Positions 15,798 to 25,714 of a stretch of 64,000 bases of DNA are shown here, in pieces. The notes under the pieces are model-generated. The model had not been told where the DNA came from and searched no databases. It saw nothing but the letters and a program-made list of their open reading frames with translations. The position numbers were made by a program, and so were the translations under genes. Each line of letters opens with the position of its first letter. The first letter of the stretch is position 1. The stretch covers positions 248,001 through 312,000 of the IMG/VR virus record IMGVR_UViG_3300046665_000548. One strand, 5' to 3'.

Positions 15798-18700
15798 ATG
15801 GCCGAAATTATTGATGCCCGCGCTTCGGGTGGAGCTATCTTACTACTTGGCGACGCGCTCACACTGCCGATCTCATCGGCGGTGAGTACAAGCGCGAAGC
15901 CGCTTGGATCGATTCGCTTCAATCCAGACCTCCAAGAGATAGAGGTCTATCGTTTGGCCGACGCGTCATACGCTTGGAAGACGCTGGACCGCTTTGAGTT
16001 AGATACTGCCGGTTTCTATCCTGCGAGCGGTGGGCCGATGAACGGTGGCATCTCGTTTGGGAATAGCGGAAATCTATACGCCACCTACGGAACTGCGCTA
16101 GAACCGGCGATTTCTTTCGCTTCTAACACCAATACTGGTATTTCTGGTACCAATCTGGGTAATATTCAATTTTCCGCGAAGGGTAGTCTTACGTTCAAGG
16201 CCAGCCAAAGCGCAGTGGAGTTTACTACATCTCTCCAGGCACCTGCTGCGACCATTACTACGGTCACCACGACGACCCTAAACGCGACCTCGGTCAATAC
16301 GTTTGTTCCGAGAGAGATTTCATTCTCATACATCGGTGGTTTTACACCTCTTAAGGTCATATACCGGTTTATCGTTGCACGTCGTCTGCTTGTGCCTCAG
16401 TATTGGGCTGGGTCCATTGCGACTCTTGGAACCCCAGCGTCTTCGACAGCTAGATTTCAAATTCGTCGTGTTCGAAGCAACATCAGTGATACTATCGGGA
16501 CGATAACGTTCGAGGCAGATTCTACTATCGGTACGTTTTCTGCCTCGGACTCTTTTACCCTGCATGGTGCAGATCGTCTTGAAATTGTCGCGCCGCCAAT
16601 CTCAAATGACGACTACTCAGACATCAGTGTTACGTTGGCGATGGCTACGCCGCTGTCTGCCGATCTATCTCCGATAGATATCACCTTCGCACCATCCAAC
16701 GTGCTGACAGGAAACTTCTGGCCGCAAGGTTCGGTTGTCGGCATGGTATCGACCATTGATACGGATAGTACCAATTTCAACTATGCTCTTCTCGATACTG
16801 CGAAGCAGCAGTTTCAGATTGTTGGAAATATCATTCAGGTCGGATCGGCTCCGTTCAAGGGTGGTCAGTTTTCGGTCCAAGCCACCGACGACGATGGTCT
16901 GACAATTACAAAGAATTTCTCCGTAACTGTTCCTCCTCGGGCGGGAACGGGTGCAGCAACTGCCGGGCCGTATATCTCTGGCGCGTTTTCTTTTACTACC
17001 GTTTCTGCGTCAATCGTCAGAGAGATCAATCCGTTCCCGTCAACATCCTCCGGTAAGGTATCGATTGTCGGCGCGGCGGAGGACAGTCTCGGTCTGAGCA
17101 TCATAACTGCCGCCATGGGACCAATCGTGAAACTTTCGCCGTTCACGACGACCTCGACGTTCCTCCTTGGCCTTTATGATCATTCGTCCTTTATCGGTGA
17201 ATTCGTTAACACAATCGCTGGCGATGCTCCGGCTGGCCTGACTGCCGCCTCGGTTATTAATGCGATTGTGGCAAGCGGAAGCGGCTTTGTAACTGTAGGC
17301 TCTGACGCCAACTCCAATATCGAAAACTTTGAACCATCATCGCTATCCAATACCTTTATCGTTTCGCCTGCTAACAACTCTATGCTCGCAGTGGTTTCTA
17401 CAAGCACAAGCGCATCGGTGGTGTCGAAGGCGAGCGCCAGTAACACTATCGGTGCGTTCAGCCAATCCATCATGTTCGATGCTCTGGCGCATCTGTCCGC
17501 AAGTTCTGTCCTCGCGCCGATTTCTGCAAGCGGAACTGGATTTGTGAATGCGAAGGCCAATTCAAGCGCGACCATCAGTAATTTTGCTGCTAGCGGAACA
17601 GCTACAAATACTGCCTCATTGACACCTGTCACTATGTTTGACGCAAGTCCTGCGCTGAACGCTGATGACTCCAACGCACTTACGGCGTTTCGTGTCATCA
17701 GCAATGTTACCGCTGCTAATTTGTCGCAAATGCGGGTAACATTGCAAACAGGTTCAACAGGATCACTGTCGCTCAAACAGGCATCCATTGCCAAGTGGGA
17801 CAGCAGTTCGCCCTCGGAGAGCGGGTCACAGCTAGCTAATACGTTAGCGTCGCCCATTCGGCTAACCTACGGCGCGCATTTCGGTGCATTGGCTAGTGCG
17901 CCTGGGTTCCTAGCTTCGGATTGGCTGGATGTTACATCGTTGAACCTAGCGCCCGGTGACAAGGTAGTCGTCAGTTACGACACCAAGGATACCGGATCGC
18001 AGAAATACAACAACTCGTCCACGAATGCCCGCACGTTTTACAAGCCGGGTTCGGCGGAATCGGCGGATGTTTCCGATATGGCTGGGTTGGGCTTCACCTC
18101 ACTGCCGACCATCAATTACGCTGTCGCCAAGATCGAAACCCGTAACGGGCTTGATTATACGACAGCCGTTGATATTCCGTTGACCTTCAACGATCCGATG
18201 TTCACCGGAATGACAGAACTGACAGCCACGGTGGGTTTGACGAGCGGTCAGACGTTATCGCATACCAGTATTATCGAACAAAGCGGCGGTTCTACGATCT
18301 TCGCACCCGGCGCTAACACGATCTCTTACTGCCGTGTTAGTTCCCGAGAATGCGTTCGTATCACAGACGGCGTTCTGAACATCGATCATTGCTATTTCGA
18401 AGCCTTCGGTATCGATGACGATCACGCGGACGTATTGCAAGCGTACTCTCCGGGCACGCGCGGTGCAGCAGTGACGATCAAAAACTCGTATATTCGCGCG
18501 GGTACCGTAGCTGCTACGGCTGGCATGTTCGTTGCGGATAATTGGGGCGGCAGCATCACGTTTGAAGATGTTGTCGTTCACGGTGGCCCATTCGGCGTGC
18601 GCTTGATGGCGGACGGTGCAGGTGCCGATCTAACTATTTCGTTCAAGAATGTCTATTTCGTTGTGCCGTTCGGTGCGGCACCATTCTCATTTGAAAATTA

Positions 18701-18803
18701 CGGCGGCGGTGTGCACACAATCACGCAATGGGTTAACGTGCGTGCTGCCAGCATCATGGACGATAAGCTCATCATAGGCGACCTGATACCTCAGCCGTTA
18801 TAA
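15798..18803 (+). CDS. virion fibre/structural protein with cadherin-like domain and C-terminal beta-helix-like region (paralog 2)
   Basis: Shared N-terminus; cadherin-like module; C-terminal IDDDHADVLQ...ITFEDVVVHGG; TAAATA at 15770. Confidence 0.75.
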   Translation: MAEIIDARASGGAILLLGDALTLPISSAVSTSAKPLGSIRFNPDLQEIEVYRLADASYAWKTLDRFELDTAGFYPASGGPMNGGISFGNSGNLYATYGTALEPAISFASNTNTGISGTNLGNIQFSAKGSLTFKASQSAVEFTTSLQAPAATITTVTTTTLNATSVNTFVPREISFSYIGGFTPLKVIYRFIVARRLLVPQYWAGSIATLGTPASSTARFQIRRVRSNISDTIGTITFEADSTIGTFSASDSFTLHGADRLEIVAPPISNDDYSDISVTLAMATPLSADLSPIDITFAPSNVLTGNFWPQGSVVGMVSTIDTDSTNFNYALLDTAKQQFQIVGNIIQVGSAPFKGGQFSVQATDDDGLTITKNFSVTVPPRAGTGAATAGPYISGAFSFTTVSASIVREINPFPSTSSGKVSIVGAAEDSLGLSIITAAMGPIVKLSPFTTTSTFLLGLYDHSSFIGEFVNTIAGDAPAGLTAASVINAIVASGSGFVTVGSDANSNIENFEPSSLSNTFIVSPANNSMLAVVSTSTSASVVSKASASNTIGAFSQSIMFDALAHLSASSVLAPISASGTGFVNAKANSSATISNFAASGTATNTASLTPVTMFDASPALNADDSNALTAFRVISNVTAANLSQMRVTLQTGSTGSLSLKQASIAKWDSSSPSESGSQLANTLASPIRLTYGAHFGALASAPGFLASDWLDVTSLNLAPGDKVVVSYDTKDTGSQKYNNSSTNARTFYKPGSAESADVSDMAGLGFTSLPTINYAVAKIETRNGLDYTTAVDIPLTFNDPMFTGMTELTATVGLTSGQTLSHTSIIEQSGGSTIFAPGANTISYCRVSSRECVRITDGVLNIDHCYFEAFGIDDDHADVLQAYSPGTRGAAVTIKNSYIRAGTVAATAGMFVADNWGGSITFEDVVVHGGPFGVRLMADGAGADLTISFKNVYFVVPFGAAPFSFENYGGGVHTITQWVNVRAASIMDDKLIIGDLIPQPL

Positions 18804-18846
18804 TCGCGAGACACTAATAAATAGAGCGAGTTTCTGGGAGTAAACA

Positions 18847-19644
18847 ATGTCTATCACCACACTTGCAATCAAGGATGGCCTCGGTGCCAATCGTGTAATT
18901 ACCGCCATCGACGTGGCTGGAGATGGCTCTGGTCCATTTCTCCCGGTTCATGGCCTAGCTAATTCAGTCGGAACGGCCATCGACCCTGCTACAAGCGCTA
19001 AGCAGGATTCCTTAATTGCACTGCTGCCAACTAGCATCGGTCAAAAAACGACTGCTGCATCGCTATCAGTTACTCTTTCTTCGAACCACAGCGTTATAGC
19101 GGTTAGCGCGACCGCTCTTCCGCTTCCGTCAGGTGCAGCTACAAGCGCCAAACAGGACAGCCTATTTGCTCTTTTCCCGACCAGCATTGGTCAGAAAGCC
19201 GCTGCTGGCTCACTATCCGTGGTCATTGCATCTGACCAAGGTATAATCGGCGTCTCAGCTTCTAGTCTTCCGCTACCAACCGGTGCAGCAACTGCCGCAA
19301 AGCAAGACACTCTTCTTGCTGCGGTACAGGCAGGAATTCCCGTAACGGCAACGCCAAGTGCAGATCAAGACCCAATCTTCGATCACACTAATGGCACCAA
19401 AACGAGCGTAACTGCATCGGCTACGGTTATCACGCCTCCTACTGGATGTAGATTTGTTCGTATTCACACTGATGTAGATGTTTTCGTGAACACGGCTGGA
19501 AACGCAGCAGTGGATGACGGAACATCGATCCGAATTGTTGCAAACTCTTCAGAAGTCATTCCGGTAGTAGCTGGAGTTGCGGTTAGGGCACTTTCATCAA
19601 GCGGAACGGCTATTGTTCGCTGCACGCCGCTAAAGGTCCGGTAA
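18847..19644 (+). CDS. virion structural protein with ATSAKQD repeats
   Basis: Three AT(S/A)AKQD repeats; TAAATA at 18818 and GGGAG SD. Confidence 0.7.
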   Translation: MSITTLAIKDGLGANRVITAIDVAGDGSGPFLPVHGLANSVGTAIDPATSAKQDSLIALLPTSIGQKTTAASLSVTLSSNHSVIAVSATALPLPSGAATSAKQDSLFALFPTSIGQKAAAGSLSVVIASDQGIIGVSASSLPLPTGAATAAKQDTLLAAVQAGIPVTATPSADQDPIFDHTNGTKTSVTASATVITPPTGCRFVRIHTDVDVFVNTAGNAAVDDGTSIRIVANSSEVIPVVAGVAVRALSSSGTAIVRCTPLKVR

Positions 19645-20885
19645 TGATTCTCGGACCTGCATCGTTAAAGCTGGTCGGTGCGCCAAGAGCGTTTTCGCAT
19701 GTTGGTCGCGCTTTTCTTCCACCTACAATACCGACCCTACTGCCGCTGAATAGTCGCATCGTTTATTTTGGCGACAGTATAACGGCAAACCGAGGTTTTC
19801 CCGGTTATGCTGATTGGTCTCAGTTCACTTCTCGTGGTAAATTTTACGGCAAAGCAGTAGGATCGAACGGCTTAGGGCCAACTGGCTGGAACCAAGGTGT
19901 TGTGGGTAATACCACAGCAATGCTAATTACTCGCATACAGAACGTTATCGATGAAGCTCCAAAGCTGGTTGTTCTATTAGTCGGAACTAACGATATTGGA
20001 GCGGGTGGTCTTTCGGCGTCAACTATCACGACTAACCTGCGCACGATTATTAATGCCCTTAAAGCTGCGGGTATCAAGGTTCTGGTTATCACCATTCTGC
20101 CGCGTATTGCCGCAGGTTGGGGTCAGACGCAGAACGACACAAAGACTGCGGTCAACAACTGGATCAAAGCACAGACCGATATCGATTGGCTCGATAGTGA
20201 ACTGTATGTCACTAATCCGGCAACGCAACTGCAAGCCGATGGTACCCATCCAAATGGTGCAGGCGCTCAACCGCTAGGTATAGCTGTTGGCAACAAGATA
20301 ATGACTTATGCCGCCGCGACAGATATTCTTTACGATCCGTTGGCTGCCGCACCTTCTGAAAACCTTTATCTCAATCCGTTCTTTACGGGCAGCACTACAA
20401 TTGCCAGTGGGCAGGTCGCAACTTCTTGGAGCTACTTCCCTGCGGCTAACGGTTTGACAAGAGTTAACAGCAAAACTACTCTGGATGGTAGCGCGGCACA
20501 AAAGCTGGTTCTTTCCGGCACTGCTACTGCCAACGTAGCTGACAACTTTAGTCAGAACATCACTCCACCCGGTGGTTTGGCTGGTGAATTGTACGAAGCA
20601 TGGATGGAAGTTCAGTTCAACCGTATCACCGGTATAGCTGGATTCGCTCTGAGCGCAGGCACTAATACGCAAGGCTCCGTCGCCATGAGTATAACTTCGC
20701 AGGATACTAGCGGTGGTCTGACTGTTCCGTTCACGGGTGTTCTACGTGCGCCCCCATCTGTGTTAGCTACGAATGGAGCTACTTTTAGTTCGCGAATGTC
20801 ACTTATTCCAATTAATGGCGCAGTAGTTGACGCTGAAATGATTATCACCCGTGCAGGTTATCGCAAAGTACCTGCTTTACAATAG
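19644..20885 (+). CDS. SGNH/GDSL hydrolase, probably virion-associated
   Basis: FGDSIT, NQGVVG, GTNDI, DGTHPN blocks. Confidence 0.85.
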   Translation: MILGPASLKLVGAPRAFSHVGRAFLPPTIPTLLPLNSRIVYFGDSITANRGFPGYADWSQFTSRGKFYGKAVGSNGLGPTGWNQGVVGNTTAMLITRIQNVIDEAPKLVVLLVGTNDIGAGGLSASTITTNLRTIINALKAAGIKVLVITILPRIAAGWGQTQNDTKTAVNNWIKAQTDIDWLDSELYVTNPATQLQADGTHPNGAGAQPLGIAVGNKIMTYAAATDILYDPLAAAPSENLYLNPFFTGSTTIASGQVATSWSYFPAANGLTRVNSKTTLDGSAAQKLVLSGTATANVADNFSQNITPPGGLAGELYEAWMEVQFNRITGIAGFALSAGTNTQGSVAMSITSQDTSGGLTVPFTGVLRAPPSVLATNGATFSSRMSLIPINGAVVDAEMIITRAGYRKVPALQ

Positions 20886-20952
20886 TACATTAAGCACACC
20901 TTTCGCGACACTAGAGATTACGTCTAAATACATCAGATAGTTCTGGTGAATA

Positions 20953-23799
20953 ATGGGCAATATTCTTGATGGTCGCGGAAAAGGCGGCGTCGTATTTCTT
21001 GGTGATTACGTCACGCTTCCGACAGCCTCGGGAGCGCCCGATGGTCTTCTGCCTCCGCTCGGCTCCATCCGCTTCAATCCTTTGATTGAAGAGGTTGAGG
21101 TTTTCCGAGACGATCAGAAAAACGGATACGAGTGGCGTCTTCTCAACGCCCAGACATTCGACATCGCTAAGTTCTATTCGAAGAATGGCGGGCCTATTTC
21201 TGGTAACATGACGCTTTCCAGTGCCCTCCTGGCATCGGCGGGGTCACAGAATTCACCATCGATATCCTTTACCTTCAGTCAAGGCACTGGTCTCTCGACC
21301 GCTGGCGGAGCGCTTCGTTTGAGCGCTAACGGCTCTCTAGTTGCCACGATGACGACCAACAGCATTACGATTACTCCTAACGTTGTGGGTCATGCGGCTT
21401 CTTTCGGTACCCTAAATGCGACAACAATCAACGCTGAGGTTGTCAGTCCCGTCCCGTTTGAGAGTGCCTTCTTTGCTCCTGGAGCGTTTAGAGATGGCGC
21501 GCTCATTCATCGAATGCCAGCCACACACGTTCTGAGTTTCCCATCTGCCCTTGCCGGATCACAGGCTTTCGCTGGTGTGGCTCCACTCAGCAACGCGTCG
21601 GTTACAATAACGAAGGTTGGTTCAAGTGGCGTTCAGGTTGATGTCGGCTCAATAACATGGTCTGCTGGAAATCGAGTTGGCCTATTCACGTGTCCCGATC
21701 CGTTCACTATGATCGCGGGCGAGTCTCTTGTGTTCGTCACAAGTAATTCTTTTGATGATCTTATCAGCGACATCTCGGTGACCATCGCAGGGCAATCAAT
21801 CTACAGACTTGATAACGCACCAACAGACATCGTACTCAGCGGACCACAAGCGGTTGACGAATACTCCGCACCGGGAACATACGTCGCGACGATTAACGCC
21901 ATCGACGCGGATGATACTCAGTTCAGTTACAGCCTTATCGGTCAAAACTCCAAAGACAGACGATTTGATGTCGTTGGCAATCAGATCGTGTGGAGCACGC
22001 TCACGCGCAGTACGGCGTCAAGCGGTTGGCCTGGAGTCTATCGACCTGTCACGGTGCGAGCGACCGATCCATACGGCAAGTACATACAGAAGACCTTCCA
22101 GATTTTGGAGAAGGACGCTATTTTTGGTGTCCGGGATGGCGACATTAACGTACTCGGGGTGATCTCGAATATGTATAATTTCGGTATCGTAGCCTCGGTT
22201 GGTCCTGTCTCGCTAGCTTCCGGTGAGAATTCGTTCCCCGTTCCGACTCAAGAAGCCACTGCGAATTCGTTCTTGTCTGTCCTTCAGACATTGACTATCC
22301 CAGCCATTGATACCGAAGGCTCTGGTTTCGTTACAGTTGCAAGCGCCAATACGTCGCTCGTCGGTGATGTTCTGTCTGATACTGGCGGCACGATTGAAAA
22401 CCTCGGCGTGGCGGCAGACGACATTGATCAATTCACGTCTGATATGAATTTCGCCATCTACACGGCGGCTTCCGCAGGTCAGTCGGTGGACGAATTTTCC
22501 ATCGATGGTTCCGCCAACGGTTTGGCGTCATCCGCCACGACAATGGCCCTGCCAGACTTTACCGGCACATCGAGCGCACTGCTTATCCTCACAGCAACTG
22601 GTGTGGATGAAATCGGTCCGTTCTTGGCAGCAGAGTACATCGGTTCTGGAAGCAATCAGATTGCCGCTATTGCGATTACGTCAAGCCAAGGCTACGTCGA
22701 TCTCATCAAAGGTCAAAGCGCAAGAAACATTGGAGATGTTTGGTCATCGGCCTCTACTACCACGGCGCTCGCGCAAATCGTTGCGAACACGTCGGCGGAT
22801 CAATTCGTCTCTGTTACTGAAGAAGACACCATTGGCGGCCTAATCGGCGTATCCGTATTTGATAATTTTGATGATACCGGAGTTGGTCTAATCCAGGTCT
22901 CAAGTTCATCTGTAACACTAGCTCCAAACTTTGCAGCTACGTCGTCGGGTGAAATTTCTAACGAAGCCCGCGCCACGAGGGGTATTGGGCTGTTCAGTAA
23001 TACGTCCTCGGTTCAAAGTCTCGTCGCGCTTGTCGGCACCGACACTGTTGATGCGTTCACGCAATTTGCGGATCAAAAAACGCGCGGCCTCGCGACCAAT
23101 AGTATCGGTATGTTCTCGTTTCCCGTTCGCGCCAACTACGCTTCTTTCTCAGAAACGCTTTTCAATCCGTCATCTTCTGTCAACATCACTACAAACGCTG
23201 TCGTAGAGCCACTAAACGGGGCACAGAGCGCCGCCCGTATCAACGAAACCAATGATAGTGCTCCCGATTATCACAGTGTTACTAACAACTCCTGGTCTTC
23301 CGGTCTTATTACGAAGACGCCAGTTACTTTCTCGATTTACGGCCAATCAACCGGTTCAAATGCTCGCGGTGTGCTGACCAGAATCGTCGGTAGCAATGGA
23401 TCGTCTATGTATATCGCGTACGATCTCACCAACGGTACAGTTGTTATTTCTGGTGCCTCTACGGGCTCATTTAGTTACAGCACCACCACGGTGACCGCCG
23501 TCAATGGTTGGTATCGCATCTCTTTGACAGGAAACTTCGATGGTCCGGCCGAAAGCCTGAGCGGCGAATTTTACATCATCAAACCAGATGCTCCGCAGCC
23601 TAATCTTTACCAAGGCTCTGTAGGAAACGGTATCAGTCTTTGGGGTGCACAACTCGAATACACGACTTCCCCAAGCGTATATCTCCCGGCTCAAGGCAGT
23701 GGGTCTTCATACGATTATATCTTGCGCTCGATTAGCCAAGCAACGATCTCGGAGAATATTACTCCGTTCAGTATTGTGGCAACCGCTCACGCAGTCTGA
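20953..23799 (+). CDS. virion fibre/structural protein with cadherin-like domain (paralog 3)
   Basis: Shared N-terminus; APTDIVL...DADD...RFDVVGNQ; C-terminal NGWYRIS...LWGAQLE; TAAATA at 20925. Confidence 0.75.
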   Translation: MGNILDGRGKGGVVFLGDYVTLPTASGAPDGLLPPLGSIRFNPLIEEVEVFRDDQKNGYEWRLLNAQTFDIAKFYSKNGGPISGNMTLSSALLASAGSQNSPSISFTFSQGTGLSTAGGALRLSANGSLVATMTTNSITITPNVVGHAASFGTLNATTINAEVVSPVPFESAFFAPGAFRDGALIHRMPATHVLSFPSALAGSQAFAGVAPLSNASVTITKVGSSGVQVDVGSITWSAGNRVGLFTCPDPFTMIAGESLVFVTSNSFDDLISDISVTIAGQSIYRLDNAPTDIVLSGPQAVDEYSAPGTYVATINAIDADDTQFSYSLIGQNSKDRRFDVVGNQIVWSTLTRSTASSGWPGVYRPVTVRATDPYGKYIQKTFQILEKDAIFGVRDGDINVLGVISNMYNFGIVASVGPVSLASGENSFPVPTQEATANSFLSVLQTLTIPAIDTEGSGFVTVASANTSLVGDVLSDTGGTIENLGVAADDIDQFTSDMNFAIYTAASAGQSVDEFSIDGSANGLASSATTMALPDFTGTSSALLILTATGVDEIGPFLAAEYIGSGSNQIAAIAITSSQGYVDLIKGQSARNIGDVWSSASTTTALAQIVANTSADQFVSVTEEDTIGGLIGVSVFDNFDDTGVGLIQVSSSSVTLAPNFAATSSGEISNEARATRGIGLFSNTSSVQSLVALVGTDTVDAFTQFADQKTRGLATNSIGMFSFPVRANYASFSETLFNPSSSVNITTNAVVEPLNGAQSAARINETNDSAPDYHSVTNNSWSSGLITKTPVTFSIYGQSTGSNARGVLTRIVGSNGSSMYIAYDLTNGTVVISGASTGSFSYSTTTVTAVNGWYRISLTGNFDGPAESLSGEFYIIKPDAPQPNLYQGSVGNGISLWGAQLEYTTSPSVYLPAQGSGSSYDYILRSISQATISENITPFSIVATAHAV

Positions 23800-23839
23800 T
23801 CTCCGATAAATACCCGAAACAAATTGACGGGTGTTTAGT

Positions 23840-24208
23840 ATGTTCGGTATTACTACTTATATCTATATTGCTATTGGTGTTGCCATCGCAGGTCTTGCTG
23901 GTGCGCTCTGGTTTGTAAATCATGAGAACGGAAAGCTTCATGAACAGATCGGCCAGCAAGAGATCGTGGTGAAAGAGTTGAAGGCTACCGTTACTGCTTT
24001 GCAAGAAGACGCGAAGCGCACGAAAGAAAACACGGAGACCCTGTTTAACAACACGAACAAGCTTCGTGATGATTTCAATAAGGCAACTCGTGTGATCATC
24101 GACCATAACTTTGGGTCAATTGGCTCAAAACATCCCCGCATGCTGGAGGACCGCGCTAACAAGGCAACGCGCGACCTCCTGAAGCGACTTGAGGAGTCAT
24201 CACGATGA
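23840..24208 (+). CDS. probable inner-membrane spanin (Rz-like)
   Basis: One N-terminal TM segment then coiled coil; overlaps a lipoprotein gene; TAAATA at 23807. Confidence 0.65.
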   Translation: MFGITTYIYIAIGVAIAGLAGALWFVNHENGKLHEQIGQQEIVVKELKATVTALQEDAKRTKENTETLFNNTNKLRDDFNKATRVIIDHNFGSIGSKHPRMLEDRANKATRDLLKRLEESSR

Positions 24209-24573
24209 AACTGATCCAAGCCCTGGTGATATTAGCTCCATTGTTTTTGGCCGGATGCCAGACCACCTATACGCCGATTTCGGTTGGTCTTGATGCTCCT
24301 GCGATCCCGAAAGCAGCCCCTATCACGACACATCCCTTCCAGTGGAAGGTCTACAACCAAGCTGATCTTCAGAAGCTTTTGATCGAGTTGCAGAACCGTC
24401 CCAAGACTGATTACGCGATTTTCGTGCTGACGCCAGATGGCTATAAAGCATTATCGCTGAACGTGCTTGAGATGGAACGTTACATTAAGGAACAACGTGA
24501 AATCATTGCCTATCTTACTAATACATTGGAAGGCCGGGCTCCGGCTCCGGAGATCAAGAAGCGCGGAAAATGA
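24205..24573 (+). CDS. probable outer-membrane spanin lipoprotein (Rz1-like)
   Basis: Lipobox LFLAGC, Pro-rich segment after the Cys. Confidence 0.65.
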   Translation: MKLIQALVILAPLFLAGCQTTYTPISVGLDAPAIPKAAPITTHPFQWKVYNQADLQKLLIELQNRPKTDYAIFVLTPDGYKALSLNVLEMERYIKEQREIIAYLTNTLEGRAPAPEIKKRGK

Positions 24574-25421
24574 GTGATCCATACGCCGTTCTTGGTGTCG
24601 CGAAAGATGCCACAGACGAGCAAATTAAGACTGCTTATCGCAAGCTAGCCCTCCAATACCATCCTGACAGGAATTCCGGTAACAAGGAATCCGAGGAGAA
24701 GTTCAAAGAGGTTTCCAACGCGTATGAGACGCTGAAGGACCCCAACAAGCGCTCTGCGTTCGATGGCGGACAAGGGCAGCCATTTGGTGGCGGCCCGCGT
24801 CGCACCGCTAATGGTGGTTTCGAATGGAACATCAATGCTGGCGCTGGTGAATTCAACTTTGATGATTTCATGGGTGCTTTCTCTGCCCATCGCCGTCAAC
24901 GAAACAATGATCTTCAAGTTCGATGCGCAATCTCGCTTGAGGATGCATTCACTGGCAAACAGCTAGACATCAACATCCGTGCTCCTTCGGGCAGCAAGAA
25001 CACTACAGTATCTATTCCTGCTGGCGTTGATTCGGGAAATCGTCTGATCGTTCGCGGCCAAGGCGAAAGCATCTACGCGGGTCTTCCGCCAGGGGACCTG
25101 TACGTGGACATCATCGTAAATCCTCACGACAAATACCGTCGTGTGGCCCAGAACCTCGTAGTTTTGGAAGAAGTCGATGCGTTCGACGCCATGCTGGGGA
25201 TCGATGTTGAGGTCGAAACCATCGACAAGCAGAAGATCAAGGTTACGCTTCCGCCAGGGACACAGGCTGGACAAAAACTTCGTTGTGCTGGACGCGGCAT
25301 GCCTATCTTGAATATGGATGGGCGAGGCGATCTTATCGTAGAGATTGCAGTGCGCGTACCGTCTTTGACGGACGAGCAACGCGCGATGGTCCAAAAGCTG
25401 AAGGAAATGTCCCCCAAATGA
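24570..25421 (+). CDS. dnaJ: DnaJ-class (type II, CbpA-like) co-chaperone
   Basis: J domain with HPD, G/F-rich linker, C-terminal domain, no zinc finger. Confidence 0.92.
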   Translation: MSDPYAVLGVAKDATDEQIKTAYRKLALQYHPDRNSGNKESEEKFKEVSNAYETLKDPNKRSAFDGGQGQPFGGGPRRTANGGFEWNINAGAGEFNFDDFMGAFSAHRRQRNNDLQVRCAISLEDAFTGKQLDINIRAPSGSKNTTVSIPAGVDSGNRLIVRGQGESIYAGLPPGDLYVDIIVNPHDKYRRVAQNLVVLEEVDAFDAMLGIDVEVETIDKQKIKVTLPPGTQAGQKLRCAGRGMPILNMDGRGDLIVEIAVRVPSLTDEQRAMVQKLKEMSPK

Positions 25422-25585
25422 TTCCACGGTATTTCACCGCTTTCGCTCTAGTCGGTCTTTTTATTGGACTGGCTCTTCGTAAGCGCCCCTATAAGCAGAC
25501 GCTCCGTCAGACCAATTCAGGCCAAGTGGCGATGCCCATTCCAGAGCCAATTCGTCGCGAAGACGGGCGCTATTCCAGCCACTAA
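25418..25585 (+). CDS. small membrane protein
   Basis: ATGA overlap; one hydrophobic segment. Confidence 0.5.
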   Translation: MIPRYFTAFALVGLFIGLALRKRPYKQTLRQTNSGQVAMPIPEPIRREDGRYSSH

Positions 25586-25714
25586 GGTCATTGGCATTTA
25601 TGGGTTGACTTGCGGGTCAACCCAAGCCAAAAGGTGACCGTTGTCCGAAACCATTTTTGGTTCTTAATCACGAGAAACTTGAAATAGTATCGTCCATCGA
25701 GTTATCATTTTCAC

